From positions 2,406 through 66,405 of the forward strand of contig NJBP01000003.1 in NCBI GenBank assembly GCA_005223085.1: 64,000 bases of DNA. Reading direction: 5' to 3'. Source of the DNA: Candidatus Aerophobetes bacterium Ae_b3b (GTDB taxonomy: Bacteria; Aerophobota; Aerophobia; Aerophobales; AE-B3A). The position numbers and the translations under genes are program-made. Under the pieces are notes generated by a model. The model searched no databases. It saw only the letters and a list, made by a program, of their open reading frames with translations, and was not told the origin of the DNA. This document shows positions 7,536-18,991 of the stretch, in pieces. Within the stretch, counting starts at the first letter, position 1. Each line of letters starts with the position of its first letter.

Positions 7536-8870
7536 GTGAAAAAAAATAGAGGATGGCTAATTTTAATTGTCTTTTTCAGTATCGCCATAGGGGGAATCTT
7601 ATTCTCCCGGGTTTGGGCAGGGAGCGACCTTTTCCGGGATTTGGAGCCTTTAATTGACACCTATCAGACTATCCAGACTCAGTATATGGAAAAGGTTAAG
7701 CCTTCCAAGCTTATAGAGGGAGCCATTAAGGGGATGATTGAATCCTTAGAGGACCCTCATTCACACTGGATGGATCCTCGTAGTTATGAGGAATGGCAAA
7801 CGGAAAGGGAGGGAAAATTTGGGGGCTTGGGGATTCAGATCACTATCAAAGATAATTTCCTTACCATAGTCTCTCCCCTGGAGGGAACTCCTGCCAGTGA
7901 AGCTGGAATCGAGCCAGGGGATAGGATCATCAAGATAGAAGATAAATCAACGGAAGGAATTACCCTCATCGAGGCAGCGAGGAAGCTGCGAGGTGAACCA
8001 GGAACCCAGGTAAGGATAACTATTGAGAGAGAAGGAGAAAAAAAATATCTGGATTTTAATCTCACCAGGGCCATTATCAAGTCTCCCAACATTAAACAAA
8101 GGATATTACCTAATGACATAGGATATATTAAGATCATGAGTTTTATGGATGAAAATACGGATGAGGACTTTAAAGGGGCTCTGGCCCAGCTAGAAGATAG
8201 GAAGATAGAAGGGCTTATTCTGGATCTAAGATATAATTCGGGCGGACTTCTCATTCAAGCTGTAGAAGTAGCCGATGAATTTCTCGACTCGGGAGTCATC
8301 GTTTCCATAAAGGGAAGAGACTCCTCGCAAAATGAGATTTACCACGCCCGTCCTGGAGGTGAGGCAGTGAATATACCTCTGGTAGTCCTGATAAATGGAG
8401 GAAGTGCTAGTGCCTCAGAGATCGTGGCCGGGGCAATCAAAGACCACAACCGTGGGATTCTGATGGGAATCAAGAGCTTCGGTAAAGGAACGGTGCAGCA
8501 GATATTTCCCTTAGCCAACGAAGGAGCTATCGCCTTAACTACGGCGAAATATTATACTCCTTCAGGAGAAAGCATAGAGGGCAAGGGAATTGAACCTTAT
8601 ATGAAAGTGGAGGCCTTTAAACCAACTGAAGAAGAGAAAAAGACTTTAGCCCAATTAAAAAAATCAAAGTGGGTGAAAGAATTTCTGGCGAAGTATCCCC
8701 ACTGGGAGGAAATGGACTTAACTTTCTTCCTGGACAGACTTAAGGAGGAGGGGATTGAAGTTGAGGTTGATCTTTTAAAGAAATTTCTGCGGGAAGAAGA
8801 CAAAGATAGGGAAAACGATTATCTTAATGACCTTCAACTTCTGCAAGCGCTAAAGTTATTGAGTAAGTAG
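7536..8870 (+). CDS. Carboxy-terminal processing peptidase, family S41 (PDZ domain plus tail-specific protease core)
   Basis: N-terminal membrane anchor, PDZ region (GLGIQI..SPLEGTPASEAGIEPGDRIIKI), catalytic-Ser region NGGSASASEIVAGA, and FGKGTVQ. Confidence 0.85.
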   Translation: MKKNRGWLILIVFFSIAIGGILFSRVWAGSDLFRDLEPLIDTYQTIQTQYMEKVKPSKLIEGAIKGMIESLEDPHSHWMDPRSYEEWQTEREGKFGGLGIQITIKDNFLTIVSPLEGTPASEAGIEPGDRIIKIEDKSTEGITLIEAARKLRGEPGTQVRITIEREGEKKYLDFNLTRAIIKSPNIKQRILPNDIGYIKIMSFMDENTDEDFKGALAQLEDRKIEGLILDLRYNSGGLLIQAVEVADEFLDSGVIVSIKGRDSSQNEIYHARPGGEAVNIPLVVLINGGSASASEIVAGAIKDHNRGILMGIKSFGKGTVQQIFPLANEGAIALTTAKYYTPSGESIEGKGIEPYMKVEAFKPTEEEKKTLAQLKKSKWVKEFLAKYPHWEEMDLTFFLDRLKEEGIEVEVDLLKKFLREEDKDRENDYLNDLQLLQALKLLSK

Positions 8871-9941
8871 ATGGCAAAAAAATCTCACAAAATTCTATAT
8901 CTTTTAATTGGATTAATTATCTGTCTGGTAGGGATAGGGAGCTTCTTTTACCTCAAGATCTCTATCTATCAGAAAGAGCTTTCTAGGATAGACTCAAAAG
9001 TTGATGAGGTGGTTAAGGCACTTAATTTTTCCGTCTTGAGCAAAAAAATAAAGTGGGTAGGACCTTTTCCGACCTATCTCCAGGTACGAGAGACTCTGAA
9101 GATTCCCTTTGACTATCCGCTGGATAAGCTCCCTGATCAAATTCAGAGAGAGCTTCGGCGAAATTTGCTGAAGATCCACCAGATCAAGAGAGAAAATCTT
9201 AAGGATCGCTATAAAATAGTGGTAAGTCTCGGCTTTGATGAGAGAATTACCCATACTTTAGAGTTTATTCTCCAAAAACTTAAGATTGCCTTACTCATTG
9301 ATGACTTTGGATATTCGCATGGTAAGACGGTAGATTTTTTACTGAAAGAGCTGGATTTACCTTTTACTATCTCGATTATCCCTGGAACTCCTTACGCTAA
9401 AAGCATTGCCGAAGAGGCCCATCGTAATGGGAAGCAGGTTATCTTGCATCTTCCCATGGAACCCCAAAAAAATTTTATCAATCGTTATCGATGGATAGTT
9501 CTTAACCGGATGAGCTCCCAACAAATCAGCTCAATGGTCAAGGACGCAATAAAAGATGTACCCTATGTAGTAGGTTTAAGTAACCACATGGGTTCCCTTG
9601 TTACTACCCAGGAAAAACCTATGCGGGATGTGCTGCAGGCGGTAAAGGCCGAGGGACTCTATTTTGTCGATAGCAGAACTGTTTCCAGCTCCATAGCCTT
9701 TCCTTTAGCTCAGAAGATGGGAATAAAATCAACTCAGCGGCAGGTTTTCTTGGATAACCAAAAGGATTCGAGCTATATCGAATCACAATTTCAAACGCTC
9801 ATCTCCTCTGCTCAAAAGAGAGGAGGGGCGCTAGGGATTGCTCATGTTGACCCCATCACTGCGGAGGCTTTAAAGAAAATCTTATCTCGATTAGAAAAAA
9901 GGAAGATACAGTTGGTCTATATATCAGACATAGTAGACTAA
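8871..9941 (+). CDS. Divergent polysaccharide deacetylase family protein (YibQ-like)
   Basis: N-terminal TM helix, then IALLIDDFGYS, HLPMEP, NHMGS and HVDP motifs of the YibQ/DUF610-type deacetylase fold. Its start abuts the stop of the S41 protease. Confidence 0.7.
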   Translation: MAKKSHKILYLLIGLIICLVGIGSFFYLKISIYQKELSRIDSKVDEVVKALNFSVLSKKIKWVGPFPTYLQVRETLKIPFDYPLDKLPDQIQRELRRNLLKIHQIKRENLKDRYKIVVSLGFDERITHTLEFILQKLKIALLIDDFGYSHGKTVDFLLKELDLPFTISIIPGTPYAKSIAEEAHRNGKQVILHLPMEPQKNFINRYRWIVLNRMSSQQISSMVKDAIKDVPYVVGLSNHMGSLVTTQEKPMRDVLQAVKAEGLYFVDSRTVSSSIAFPLAQKMGIKSTQRQVFLDNQKDSSYIESQFQTLISSAQKRGGALGIAHVDPITAEALKKILSRLEKRKIQLVYISDIVD

Positions 9942-9947
9942 TAAAAA

Positions 9948-10916
9948 ATGATGGCTCAAAATAGATATAGCCTCGATTTTGAAAAGCCAATTCTGGAGTT
10001 GGAACGTAAAATTGAAGAACTAAAGGGTTTAACCTCCAAGGAAGGATTGGACTTCGAGGAGGAGATAAACCGGCTTCAACAACGCTTGAAAAAACTTGAA
10101 AAAGAAACCTTTGCTAATCTTACTCCCTGGCAGACGGTTCAGCTAGCCAGACACCCCAATCGCCCTAAATCCCTTACCCTGGCCAAATTGATCTTTGATG
10201 ATTTTATATTACTTCATGGAGATAGGTTATATTCTGATGATCAGGCCATCGTGGGGGGTTTTGCCAGAATGGGGGAGGAGAGACTGCTTTTTATCGGACA
10301 CCAGAAAGGGGAATCAATCAAGGAGAATCTTGTCAGAAATTTTGGTATGGCTCATCCTGAAGGGTATCGGAAGGCAAAGAGGTTAATGAACCTGGCAGAG
10401 AAATTTTCCCGACCCGTAGTTACCTTTATTGATACCCCCGGAGCGTACCCTGGAATCGAAGCAGAAGAAAGGGGACAAGCTGAGGCTATTGCAGCAAATT
10501 TGGAGTACATGTCTCAGTTAAAGGTCCCTATTGTTGTGATCATAATTGGGGAGGGAGGAAGCGGAGGAGCTTTAGGAATCGGGGTCGGGGACCGAACTCT
10601 GATGTTGGAGAATGCTATTTATTCGGTAATCTCTCCAGAGGGATGTGCGGCAATTCTCTGGAAAGATCAGGCCAAAATGGAGGAAGCAGCAAAGGCTTTG
10701 CGAATCACTTCTCAAGATCTTCTGGATCTAAAGATTATCGACGGCACCATCCCTGAACCCATGGGAGGAGCCCATCGAGACGCAGAACAAACAGCCCTCA
10801 ATATCAAGCAGGCCGTAACTAAACACCTTAGAGAGTTAAAGGATCTGACTCCAGCAGAGTTAATTCAAAAAAGGTATAAGAAATACCGAGGAATAGGGAA
10901 ATTTAAAAGAGGGTAA
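9948..10916 (+). CDS. accA: Acetyl-CoA carboxylase carboxyltransferase alpha subunit
   Basis: RHPNRP, FIDTPGAYPG, GEGGSGGALGIG and SPEGCAAILW. Confidence 0.9.
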   Translation: MMAQNRYSLDFEKPILELERKIEELKGLTSKEGLDFEEEINRLQQRLKKLEKETFANLTPWQTVQLARHPNRPKSLTLAKLIFDDFILLHGDRLYSDDQAIVGGFARMGEERLLFIGHQKGESIKENLVRNFGMAHPEGYRKAKRLMNLAEKFSRPVVTFIDTPGAYPGIEAEERGQAEAIAANLEYMSQLKVPIVVIIIGEGGSGGALGIGVGDRTLMLENAIYSVISPEGCAAILWKDQAKMEEAAKALRITSQDLLDLKIIDGTIPEPMGGAHRDAEQTALNIKQAVTKHLRELKDLTPAELIQKRYKKYRGIGKFKRG

Positions 10917-10918
10917 AA

Positions 10919-12811
10919 ATGGAAGAAGAATACGGCGCTAAACAGATCAAAGTCTTAAAGGATCTGGAGGCCGTTCGCAAAACACCCAGCATGTACATCG
11001 GAAGCACCGGACCACGAGGACTACATCACCTCATTAGTGAAGTAGTTGATAACTCCATTGATGAGGTCCTGGCTGGCTGCTGCCAGAATATAAAGGTAAC
11101 AATCCATTCTGATAACAGCATCACCGTAGTTGATGATGGAAGAGGCATCCCGGTAGCTCCCCATCCAGTTTATAAAAAATCCGCTCTGGAGCTGGTGATG
11201 ACCTCTCTTCATGCTGGGGGTAAATTCGACAACAAGATATACCGGGTGGCTGGAGGACTTCATGGAGTGGGAGTCTCGGTAGTCAATGCTCTTTCTGAAT
11301 GGTTAGAGGCAAAAATAGCCCGTGAAGGTAGGATCTGGCGTCAAAGATATAAAAGAGGTAAACCTACAACCAAGGTGAAGTGTATAGGAGAGGGCTCTTG
11401 CCCAAAAAATGGAACCGAGATCAGCTTTAGACCTGACCCAGAAATATTTGAATCCATAGAATTTGACTGGGAAAGAGTAACTCGTCGTTTGAGAGAACTG
11501 GCCTTTCTGAACCAGGGACTCAACATAGAGGTAGAGGATGAAAGAAGTGGTAGGAGGCGCACCTTTGCCTACGAAGGAGGGATTAGGACCTTTGTAAAGC
11601 ACCTCAACCGGAATCGAGAGGTTATTTTTGATGAGCCCATCTACCTTCAGGGAGAAAAAGATGATGTAGTCCTGGAGGTAGCCATTCAATATAATCAAAG
11701 TTTTATCCAGGACATTTTCGCCTTTGTCAATGATATTAATACTGAGGAAGGAGGAACTCACCTTTCTGGATTTAAGTCCGGCTTAACTAGAACCATCAAT
11801 GACTATGTTAAGAAAAAGGAAAACCAGCCAATCGTACTCTTAGGAGAAGACGTAAGAGAAGGTTTAACCGCTATTATTAATATGAAGATGCCCGATCCTC
11901 AGTTTGAGGGACAGACAAAAACCAGATTAGGCAATACCGAAGCCAAAGGAATTGTGGAGTCCATTGTTTATGGAAATCTCTCCCGATACCTGGAGGAGAA
12001 TCCCACCATAGGTAAATTGGTAATACAGAATGTAGTCTCTGCTTCACGGGTTCGACAGACTGCCCAGAAAGCAAGGGAAGTAGCTCGAAGAAAGGAAGGT
12101 CTGGTAGGGGGAGCCCTTCCTGGTAAACTGGCTGCTTGCTCCGAGGATGATCCCGAAAAAAGTGAGCTTTTCATAGTGGAGGGGGACTCAGCAGGAGGCT
12201 CCGCTAAGCAAGGAAGAGATAGGCGTTTCCAGGCTATCCTGCCCTTAAGGGGAAAAATTCTTAACGTGGAAAAGACTCATCTACTTAGGATCCTCAATAA
12301 TGAAGAGATAAAATCTATGATTGCCGCTATCGGCACCGGTATTAAGGAGGAATTCAGTCTGTCCGGACTGAGATATAGCAAAGTTATCCTTATGAGTGAT
12401 GCGGATGTGGATGGAGCTCATATCAGGACTCTTATTCTCACCTTCTTTTATCGGTATATGCAGGATTTAATTAGAGAAGGCCATGTTTATATCGCCCAAC
12501 CACCTCTCTATAAGGTTAACGGTAAAAATAAAGAATATTTTCTTTACAGCGAGGAGAACTTAAAGGAATTAACGAAAGAGCTGAGTCAGCAAAAACTAGA
12601 GGTTCAACGCTATAAAGGTCTAGGGGAGATGAATCCCGACCAGCTCTGGCAAGCCACCATGAATCCGGCCACCCGCACCATCTTTCAGGTTTCCATAGAA
12701 GATGCTGTCCAGGCTGATGAGCTATTTACCATCCTAATGGGAGGAGAAGTCGAGCCTCGTCGTAGGTTTATCGAAGATCATGCCCTGGAAGTGACCAACC
12801 TGGATATATAA
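10919..12811 (+). CDS. gyrB: DNA gyrase subunit B
   Basis: GLHHLISEVVDNSIDE (GHKL ATPase), QTKTRLGN, EGDSAGGSAKQGRDR, PLRGKILNVE and DADVDGAHI (Toprim). Confidence 0.95.
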   Translation: MEEEYGAKQIKVLKDLEAVRKTPSMYIGSTGPRGLHHLISEVVDNSIDEVLAGCCQNIKVTIHSDNSITVVDDGRGIPVAPHPVYKKSALELVMTSLHAGGKFDNKIYRVAGGLHGVGVSVVNALSEWLEAKIAREGRIWRQRYKRGKPTTKVKCIGEGSCPKNGTEISFRPDPEIFESIEFDWERVTRRLRELAFLNQGLNIEVEDERSGRRRTFAYEGGIRTFVKHLNRNREVIFDEPIYLQGEKDDVVLEVAIQYNQSFIQDIFAFVNDINTEEGGTHLSGFKSGLTRTINDYVKKKENQPIVLLGEDVREGLTAIINMKMPDPQFEGQTKTRLGNTEAKGIVESIVYGNLSRYLEENPTIGKLVIQNVVSASRVRQTAQKAREVARRKEGLVGGALPGKLAACSEDDPEKSELFIVEGDSAGGSAKQGRDRRFQAILPLRGKILNVEKTHLLRILNNEEIKSMIAAIGTGIKEEFSLSGLRYSKVILMSDADVDGAHIRTLILTFFYRYMQDLIREGHVYIAQPPLYKVNGKNKEYFLYSEENLKELTKELSQQKLEVQRYKGLGEMNPDQLWQATMNPATRTIFQVSIEDAVQADELFTILMGGEVEPRRRFIEDHALEVTNLDI

Positions 12812-12829
12812 ATAAATAAGGGGGTTACC

Positions 12830-15238
12830 ATGGCTTTGGAAAGTGGAATTGCTCCGCTTTATCTGGAAGAGGAAATGAAGACTTCTTACCTGAATTACGC
12901 TATGAGCGTAATTGTGGGTCGAGCCCTACCCGATGTCCGAGATGGACTAAAGCCGGTACAACGAAGGATTCTTTACGCCATGCAGGGATTGGGTTTACTT
13001 CCTAACAAGCCTTACAGAAAATCGGCTCGTCTGGTAGGGGAGGTTTTGGGAAAATACCATCCTCATGGAGATATGGCCGTCTATGAGGCTATGGTAAGAA
13101 TGGCTCAAGACTTTTCCCTGCGTCATCCTCTGGTTGACGGGCAGGGAAATTTTGGCTCTGTGGATGGGGACCCTCCGGCCGCTATGAGGTACACCGAGAT
13201 AAGACTCTCGCTCATAACCTCGGAAATCCTTGAGGATCTGGATAAGGATACAGTCGACTTTCTACCCAACTTTGACAATAGCCTGGAGGAGCCTCTTGTT
13301 CTACCAGCAAAAGTGCCTAATCTCTTACTAAATGGGAGCTCTGGAATAGCCGTGGGGATGGCCACCAATATCCCTCCTCATAATCTGAGTGAGGTGGTGG
13401 ATGCCTGTATCAGAATGATTGAGGATCCTCAAGTTTCTAGCGATGAGCTTTTAAAGATCATTCGAGGTCCAGATTTTCCCACAGCGGGGGTTATTATAGG
13501 GACGGAGGCGATTGAAAGAGCCTACCGGCACGGAAAGGCAAAGATAATCTTACAAGGAAAGGCCAATATTGAAACTACCCAGGACCGAGAAAGCATTATT
13601 ATTACTGAACTTCCCTATCAGGTCAATAAAGCAAAATTGATTGAGACTATTGCTGAGCTGTCTTCGAATAATAGAATAAAGGGGGTCAAGAATCTGCGGG
13701 ATGAATCGGACAGAAAGGGAATAAGGATTGCGATAGAGCTTTCCCGCAACACTAACGCTGAGGTCATTTTAAATCAACTTTATAAATATACCCCTCTTCG
13801 GACGACCTTTGGAGTTATTCTTTTAGCCATACTGGGTGGTAAGCCACGCCTTTTGAACCTGGTCGAGATGCTCCGGTGCTATCTTGATCATCGTAAAGAG
13901 GTAGTTACCCGACGGACAAAATTCCTTCTTTCCCGCGAGCAAAAAAAGGCTCACCTTTTGGAAGGACTCAAAAAGGCTCTGGGGAAACTGGATGAGGTAA
14001 TTAAGATTATAAGGTCGTCTTCCAATCCAGAAGAAGCCAGAAATCACCTGATAAAATTGTTAAGGCTAAGTGATGAGCAAGCCCGAGCGATTCTGGAGAT
14101 GAGGTTAGCTCGCTTGACCAGCCTGGAGAGGCATAAAGTGGACCAGGATTATGCCGAATCGGTAAAAATAATAGGTAGCTATGAGGAGATGCTGGCAAGG
14201 GAGCCCATGATTTGGGCAACCATTAAGGAAGAACTTGTCCAGATTAAGGAAAAATATGGAGAAGAGAGGCGTACCCGGATCAAGGCGGTAGTAAAAGAGT
14301 TAACCTTTAAACCAGAAGATTTGATCAAAAAAGAGGAGATCGTCGTTACTACCACCCGTCACGGCTATATAAAGTACACTTCCTTGAGAGCTTATAAGCG
14401 ACAAAGACGTGGGGGCAAGGGGATGAGCGGAATGATCACGGGAAAGGAAGATTTTGTAGAAGACCTTTTTATTACTCACACTCATTCTATCCTCTTATTT
14501 TTTACCAATTTAGGAAAGGTTCATTGGGCCAGAGCTTACGACATTCCTCAAAAGAAGCGGTCAGCTAAAGGTAGGGCGCTGGTTAACTTCCTCTCTATGG
14601 GAAAGAATGAGAGAGTGAGTAAAACTCTTCCTCTGGACAATTTTGACCAGGAAGGTTTTCTGGTTATGGTCACCAGGAAAGGGAAAGTAAAGAAAACCAG
14701 TCTTTCCGCTTATTCCCGTCCTAAAAAAGGAGGAATAAGGGGAATTCGTCTGCAGGAGGAAGATGAATTAATTAAAGTCCTGCCCACCCAAGGCGAAGAA
14801 AATATAGTCTTGGTCACCAGGAAAGGTAAGGCTATTCTTTTTTCTGAAAAAGATGTTCGTCCCACGGGAAGAACTTCACTAGGAGTAAAGGGGATTTCTT
14901 TAGGGGAAGAGGATGAGGTAATGGATGCCGTCATTGCCAAAGAGGATGAAGCTCTGCTCACCATTACCTCCAAAGGTTACGGGAAAAGAACTCTCTTTGC
15001 TAAGTACAGAAAAACCAGAAGAGGCGGCAAAGGAATCATTAACCTGCGTTTTGTTCCCCATAAGGGTGAGGTGGTGGGAGCAAAAAGAATAAAGAAGAGT
15101 GATGAGGTAATTGTTATCACCCGGAAGGGAAAGAGCATTCGCCTGGCAGCTAAAAATATCTCCCTTATTGGAAGAAATACCTCCGGTCCCCGCATAATCA
15201 GGTTAGGCCAAGATGACGAGGTTATTGCTCTGACATGA
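12830..15238 (+). CDS. gyrA: DNA gyrase subunit A
   Basis: GKYHPHGD, the AAMRYTE active-site Tyr region, and C-terminal beta-pinwheel repeats. 802 aa. Confidence 0.95.
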   Translation: MALESGIAPLYLEEEMKTSYLNYAMSVIVGRALPDVRDGLKPVQRRILYAMQGLGLLPNKPYRKSARLVGEVLGKYHPHGDMAVYEAMVRMAQDFSLRHPLVDGQGNFGSVDGDPPAAMRYTEIRLSLITSEILEDLDKDTVDFLPNFDNSLEEPLVLPAKVPNLLLNGSSGIAVGMATNIPPHNLSEVVDACIRMIEDPQVSSDELLKIIRGPDFPTAGVIIGTEAIERAYRHGKAKIILQGKANIETTQDRESIIITELPYQVNKAKLIETIAELSSNNRIKGVKNLRDESDRKGIRIAIELSRNTNAEVILNQLYKYTPLRTTFGVILLAILGGKPRLLNLVEMLRCYLDHRKEVVTRRTKFLLSREQKKAHLLEGLKKALGKLDEVIKIIRSSSNPEEARNHLIKLLRLSDEQARAILEMRLARLTSLERHKVDQDYAESVKIIGSYEEMLAREPMIWATIKEELVQIKEKYGEERRTRIKAVVKELTFKPEDLIKKEEIVVTTTRHGYIKYTSLRAYKRQRRGGKGMSGMITGKEDFVEDLFITHTHSILLFFTNLGKVHWARAYDIPQKKRSAKGRALVNFLSMGKNERVSKTLPLDNFDQEGFLVMVTRKGKVKKTSLSAYSRPKKGGIRGIRLQEEDELIKVLPTQGEENIVLVTRKGKAILFSEKDVRPTGRTSLGVKGISLGEEDEVMDAVIAKEDEALLTITSKGYGKRTLFAKYRKTRRGGKGIINLRFVPHKGEVVGAKRIKKSDEVIVITRKGKSIRLAAKNISLIGRNTSGPRIIRLGQDDEVIALT

Positions 15239-16158
15239 GAAAAATAGCTTTTCTTTTTCCCGGGCAGGGTTCTCAACACGTAGGAATGGGAAGAGGATTC
15301 ATTGATGGAAATTGTGGAGCTAAAAAAATCTTCCGGCAGGCCAGCAACGTCCTGGATTTTGATCTTGAGAAGCTATGTAATCATGGCCCGGAAGAAGAGC
15401 TGAAAAAGACCACTAATGCTCAGCCAGCTCTGTTGACAGTGAACTGGATCCTTACCAGAATTTTGAGAGAAAAGGGGATAGAGCCAAACGTGGTAGCCGG
15501 ACACAGTCTAGGAGAATACAGTGCGGTACTTTGCGCTAAGGTGGTTGACTATCCTGCTGCCTTAAGACTGGTTCGCCGAAGAGCCCAGTTTATGGAGGAG
15601 GCCTCGGCTGCCATAGATGGCGTGATGGCAGCCGTAATTGGACTACCCAGAGAGGCAGTTTTGTCAATTTGTCGGAGAATCAAAGGGGTAGAGGCGGTCA
15701 ACTTTAATTCTCCTTCTCAGGTAGTTATTGCTGGAAAAAAAAAAGCGGTAGAAATAGCAAGCAAAAGATTAGAGCAAGAGGGGTCAAAAAAGGTTATTCC
15801 CCTTTTGGTAAGTGGTCCCTTTCACACTTCCTTTATGAGACGCGCAGCTTTAAAATTCAGTCAAGAATTAGATAAAATTTCCTTCTCAGATCCTTGCTGT
15901 AAAGTTCTCACCAACGCCTTTGCCCGGTATGCCTTGAGTGCCGAGGAAATTAAAAAGGCCCTCCGTATGCAGATGGATCATCCCATTCTCTGGGAGGATT
16001 CTATGAGGAAACTGTTGTCTGAGGGAATCGATCTATTCGTTGAAGTAGGACCAGGAAAGGTTCTCAAAGGGCTCCTGCGAAGAATTGACGGGAGAGCATT
16101 GGTTTTAGGAATGGAAAGTCCCGAGGACCTAGAAAGAATCGAGCACTACTGTACCTAA
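15235..16158 (+). CDS. fabD: Malonyl-CoA:ACP transacylase
   Basis: FLFPGQGSQ and GHSLGEYSA (active-site Ser). Its ATG overlaps the gyrA stop (ATGA). Confidence 0.9.
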   Translation: MRKIAFLFPGQGSQHVGMGRGFIDGNCGAKKIFRQASNVLDFDLEKLCNHGPEEELKKTTNAQPALLTVNWILTRILREKGIEPNVVAGHSLGEYSAVLCAKVVDYPAALRLVRRRAQFMEEASAAIDGVMAAVIGLPREAVLSICRRIKGVEAVNFNSPSQVVIAGKKKAVEIASKRLEQEGSKKVIPLLVSGPFHTSFMRRAALKFSQELDKISFSDPCCKVLTNAFARYALSAEEIKKALRMQMDHPILWEDSMRKLLSEGIDLFVEVGPGKVLKGLLRRIDGRALVLGMESPEDLERIEHYCT

Positions 16159-16217
16159 GCAGAAGTTCACAAAAAATTGCCCCCGGATGCCCCTACCCCT
16201 TGCAAGTGGGGAGGATG

Positions 16218-17492
16218 TCACTTCTTCATCATTTTTTCACTAACAACTGCAAATTTTGCTGGCCTTGGCCCATATGGTTCTTGCTTATATCTAACACCAC
16301 TGTTAATTAAATACTCAACTAAGTCTCCCATGTTTTCTGTAGTGCCTGCCATAACAAGTGGTTTCATAATTTCTTTTCTTAATTGTCCATCAGTTTTTAG
16401 CGCTTCAATAGTTTCCTTCCATGATTCATTATCCCTGCCCATGACCCTGATTCCTTTAACACTATTAAGGTTTAGCTCTTCGATTCCTGTCCTACCAGTT
16501 ACAAATGTGTGAATATCCATATTGGTACCGGGAATCATGACTTTCTTTCCTCCCGCAGGAAGACCATAATAAAATATCTTACCCCTCGGAGAAGCATACT
16601 CTATTACCATTTTTTGCAGTTTTTTCTGTCCGGTTAATTCAATACTTACAAATCCATCTTCTTGCCCAAGTTCTTCTTTTAACCGATTTAATTGTTGTTG
16701 ATCGTCAGAATTTACAAAGTAAAAGTTAGCATCTAAATCCATTACACATCTTTTCATATACATCATAGCTGATTTTCCTCTGTAAATTAAAACAAAATTC
16801 TTAACCCCCTTGCTGGCAAAGTATGGGACCATATACAGTGCCTGAGCACCACAACCACCCCATATAGCCAGAGTTTCAGGCACTCTACCACTTTTTTCGC
16901 TAACGATTCTTTCCATTTTGACGGTATTTCCAAGTGGCTCTGCAAATGAGGGAAAGAAATTGAACTTCTCTATGTCTTGTGTTGGTTTTGCACAGCATTG
17001 GTGGATAGAGACAAATTCGGCAAAAGCTCCATTTCTTAGCCAATCTTTTGGATTCCCAGATTTATACCAGCCGAGAAAACCCTCTTTTTGGCATCTATCA
17101 AATTTTCCCTCTAAACACGAGCTACACTGTAAACATGGGTAATGCTCCTCACCAACAACTGTCTGGCCAATAAGAGCCTTATTAACATTTTCACCAACAC
17201 CAACGATCCTTCCAGCAAATTCATGACCAAATACTGTCTTCTTTAAATCACCAGTTAAATCTACAAATTTGTTTGCATCAGAGGCACATATAGAAATCCA
17301 TAAAGGTTCTACTAAAACATCATCGGGTAGCATCTTTGGCAGGGGAACCTCTTCCAGAACAGTTTTTCCTCCCTTATAGGTAATCCATGCCTTCATTATT
17401 TCTGGGAGAGGATCCGGTATTTGATGTTTTGGCAATATAGATTTATAATCTGAGCCTATCGGTGTTAATTCTAATTTAGAAGTAGTTTTCAC
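16218..17492 (-). CDS. Zn-dependent MDR-family dehydrogenase, threonine-3-dehydrogenase-like but atypically long (424 aa)
   Basis: GHEFAGRIVGVG (catalytic Zn) and CLQCSSCLEGKFDRC (structural Zn). The GTG start overlaps the kbl stop (GTGA). An alternative start is Met33 (MKAWITYKG) at 17396. Pairing with kbl suggests threonine catabolism. Confidence 0.7.
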   Translation of the reverse strand: MKTTSKLELTPIGSDYKSILPKHQIPDPLPEIMKAWITYKGGKTVLEEVPLPKMLPDDVLVEPLWISICASDANKFVDLTGDLKKTVFGHEFAGRIVGVGENVNKALIGQTVVGEEHYPCLQCSSCLEGKFDRCQKEGFLGWYKSGNPKDWLRNGAFAEFVSIHQCCAKPTQDIEKFNFFPSFAEPLGNTVKMERIVSEKSGRVPETLAIWGGCGAQALYMVPYFASKGVKNFVLIYRGKSAMMYMKRCVMDLDANFYFVNSDDQQQLNRLKEELGQEDGFVSIELTGQKKLQKMVIEYASPRGKIFYYGLPAGGKKVMIPGTNMDIHTFVTGRTGIEELNLNSVKGIRVMGRDNESWKETIEALKTDGQLRKEIMKPLVMAGTTENMGDLVEYLINSGVRYKQEPYGPRPAKFAVVSEKMMKK

Positions 17493-18730
17493 TCCAAAAT
17501 GCCTTCTTTTTTTCCTGTCTCTTGGAATGACTTCAGTGCATAATCAAGATCGTGCCTCGTATGTGAAGCTAATATCTGAACTCTTATAGTATCTTGACCT
17601 CTGGGAACAACAGGATAAGTTAAAGCTACCACATAGATTCCTCTTTGATATAAGTCAAAGACCATTTGCTTAGCCTTAATTGCATCGCCAATTAAAATAG
17701 GAACTATGGGATGAATCCCTTCAATTGTTTTAAAACCAATCTGATTTATTCCCTTTCTAAAATATTCAGTATTTTCTCTTAATCTCTCCAATAATCTTAA
17801 TCCTTCATGGCTATCTAAAATCTCCAATGCTTTTAATGCAGCACCTGCCACTCCCGATCCTATTGGATTTGAATACACATATAAAGGAGAAGTCTCTCTT
17901 AAATACTCAATAACCTTTTCATTGGATACAATAAAACCGCCGTCTACCCCCAAGCCCTTTCCTAATGTTGCGGTTATTATATCAATCCTATCTTCCTGGG
18001 TAACCTCTCCAGTGCCCCTTCCGGTTTTCCCATAAGCTCCTATTCCGTGTGAGTCATCTACAACTGTTATAATTCCCTCTTCAAATTTTGGATCGTACTC
18101 CTCGGCCAAACAAGCTATATAGTGCAGGGGAGCATAATCTCCTCTCATACTAAATACACCATCGGTCACTATAATTAATCTTTTCCCATTACCCACAGAT
18201 TCATCTATGCACTTTCTGAGCTTGTCCATGTCACAGTGAGCATAAATTTTTTTCCTATCTCTGGGAACTCCAGCAAATCTTATGGCCATAATTATACTGT
18301 TATGATTTAACTCATCGCTTATAATATAGGTATCCTTATCCACTAATGGAGCAATAATTCCGCAATTAGCAGCATAAGCAGAACTAAATATCATAGCAGC
18401 CTCTGTTTTATAAAACTCTGCTAGTTTTTTCTCTAATTCAATATGAGGCTCTTGTGTCCCGGAGATAAACCTGACCGCACCTGGACCAACTCCAAACTTT
18501 AAATCTGCTTCATGTGCAGCTTTGATTAATCTTGGGTCATTAGAAATACCTAGGTAACTGTTGGAGGCAAAATTTAAGAGAGTGCGCTGGTCACTCATAA
18601 CTATTTTTCTACCAAATCCATCTCCAGGAGGCACTATATCAACGATGACTTTTTCTTTCCCCTTCAGTCTACCTTCCTTCTCTAATAGTTTTAACTTTGC
18701 ATCTAAAACAGATGTTAATTTATCAAGCAT
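17489..18730 (-). CDS. kbl: 2-amino-3-ketobutyrate CoA ligase (glycine C-acetyltransferase), alpha-oxoamine synthase family
   Basis: SNSYLG, DDSHGIG and the ATLGKGLG PLP-Lys region. 413 aa. GGAGAG RBS. Confidence 0.8.
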   Translation of the reverse strand: MLDKLTSVLDAKLKLLEKEGRLKGKEKVIVDIVPPGDGFGRKIVMSDQRTLLNFASNSYLGISNDPRLIKAAHEADLKFGVGPGAVRFISGTQEPHIELEKKLAEFYKTEAAMIFSSAYAANCGIIAPLVDKDTYIISDELNHNSIIMAIRFAGVPRDRKKIYAHCDMDKLRKCIDESVGNGKRLIIVTDGVFSMRGDYAPLHYIACLAEEYDPKFEEGIITVVDDSHGIGAYGKTGRGTGEVTQEDRIDIITATLGKGLGVDGGFIVSNEKVIEYLRETSPLYVYSNPIGSGVAGAALKALEILDSHEGLRLLERLRENTEYFRKGINQIGFKTIEGIHPIVPILIGDAIKAKQMVFDLYQRGIYVVALTYPVVPRGQDTIRVQILASHTRHDLDYALKSFQETGKKEGILE

Positions 18731-18991
18731 TTTTATCTCTCCGATATTTCATTGATGCTGTCATCAGGGCCTTGTTGTAGTTATCTCTCATCGACGGAGG
18801 TAAAAGCGGACTGATGACTTCCCACTGCCTGTCTGTAAATCACTTCTGGCCACCCTCCTATCTTATCCAACTTTTGAAGCTACTTCTAGTATTTCTTCGC
18901 CTCTTCCTTGTCATCTATTAGCTTCATCAGCTGTGCCAACTTCATGGCAGCACTGTATCTCTACTCTCCCTCCCTGGTTAACCATCAAAAG

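Noticed and set aside
18958-18976. Shared 11-mer ctctactctcc between the kbl upstream gap and the GntR' 3' end (26648-26658)
   Set aside because: It is a short CT-only, low-complexity match. In one locus it is part of a coding stop region, and flanking sequence does not align.
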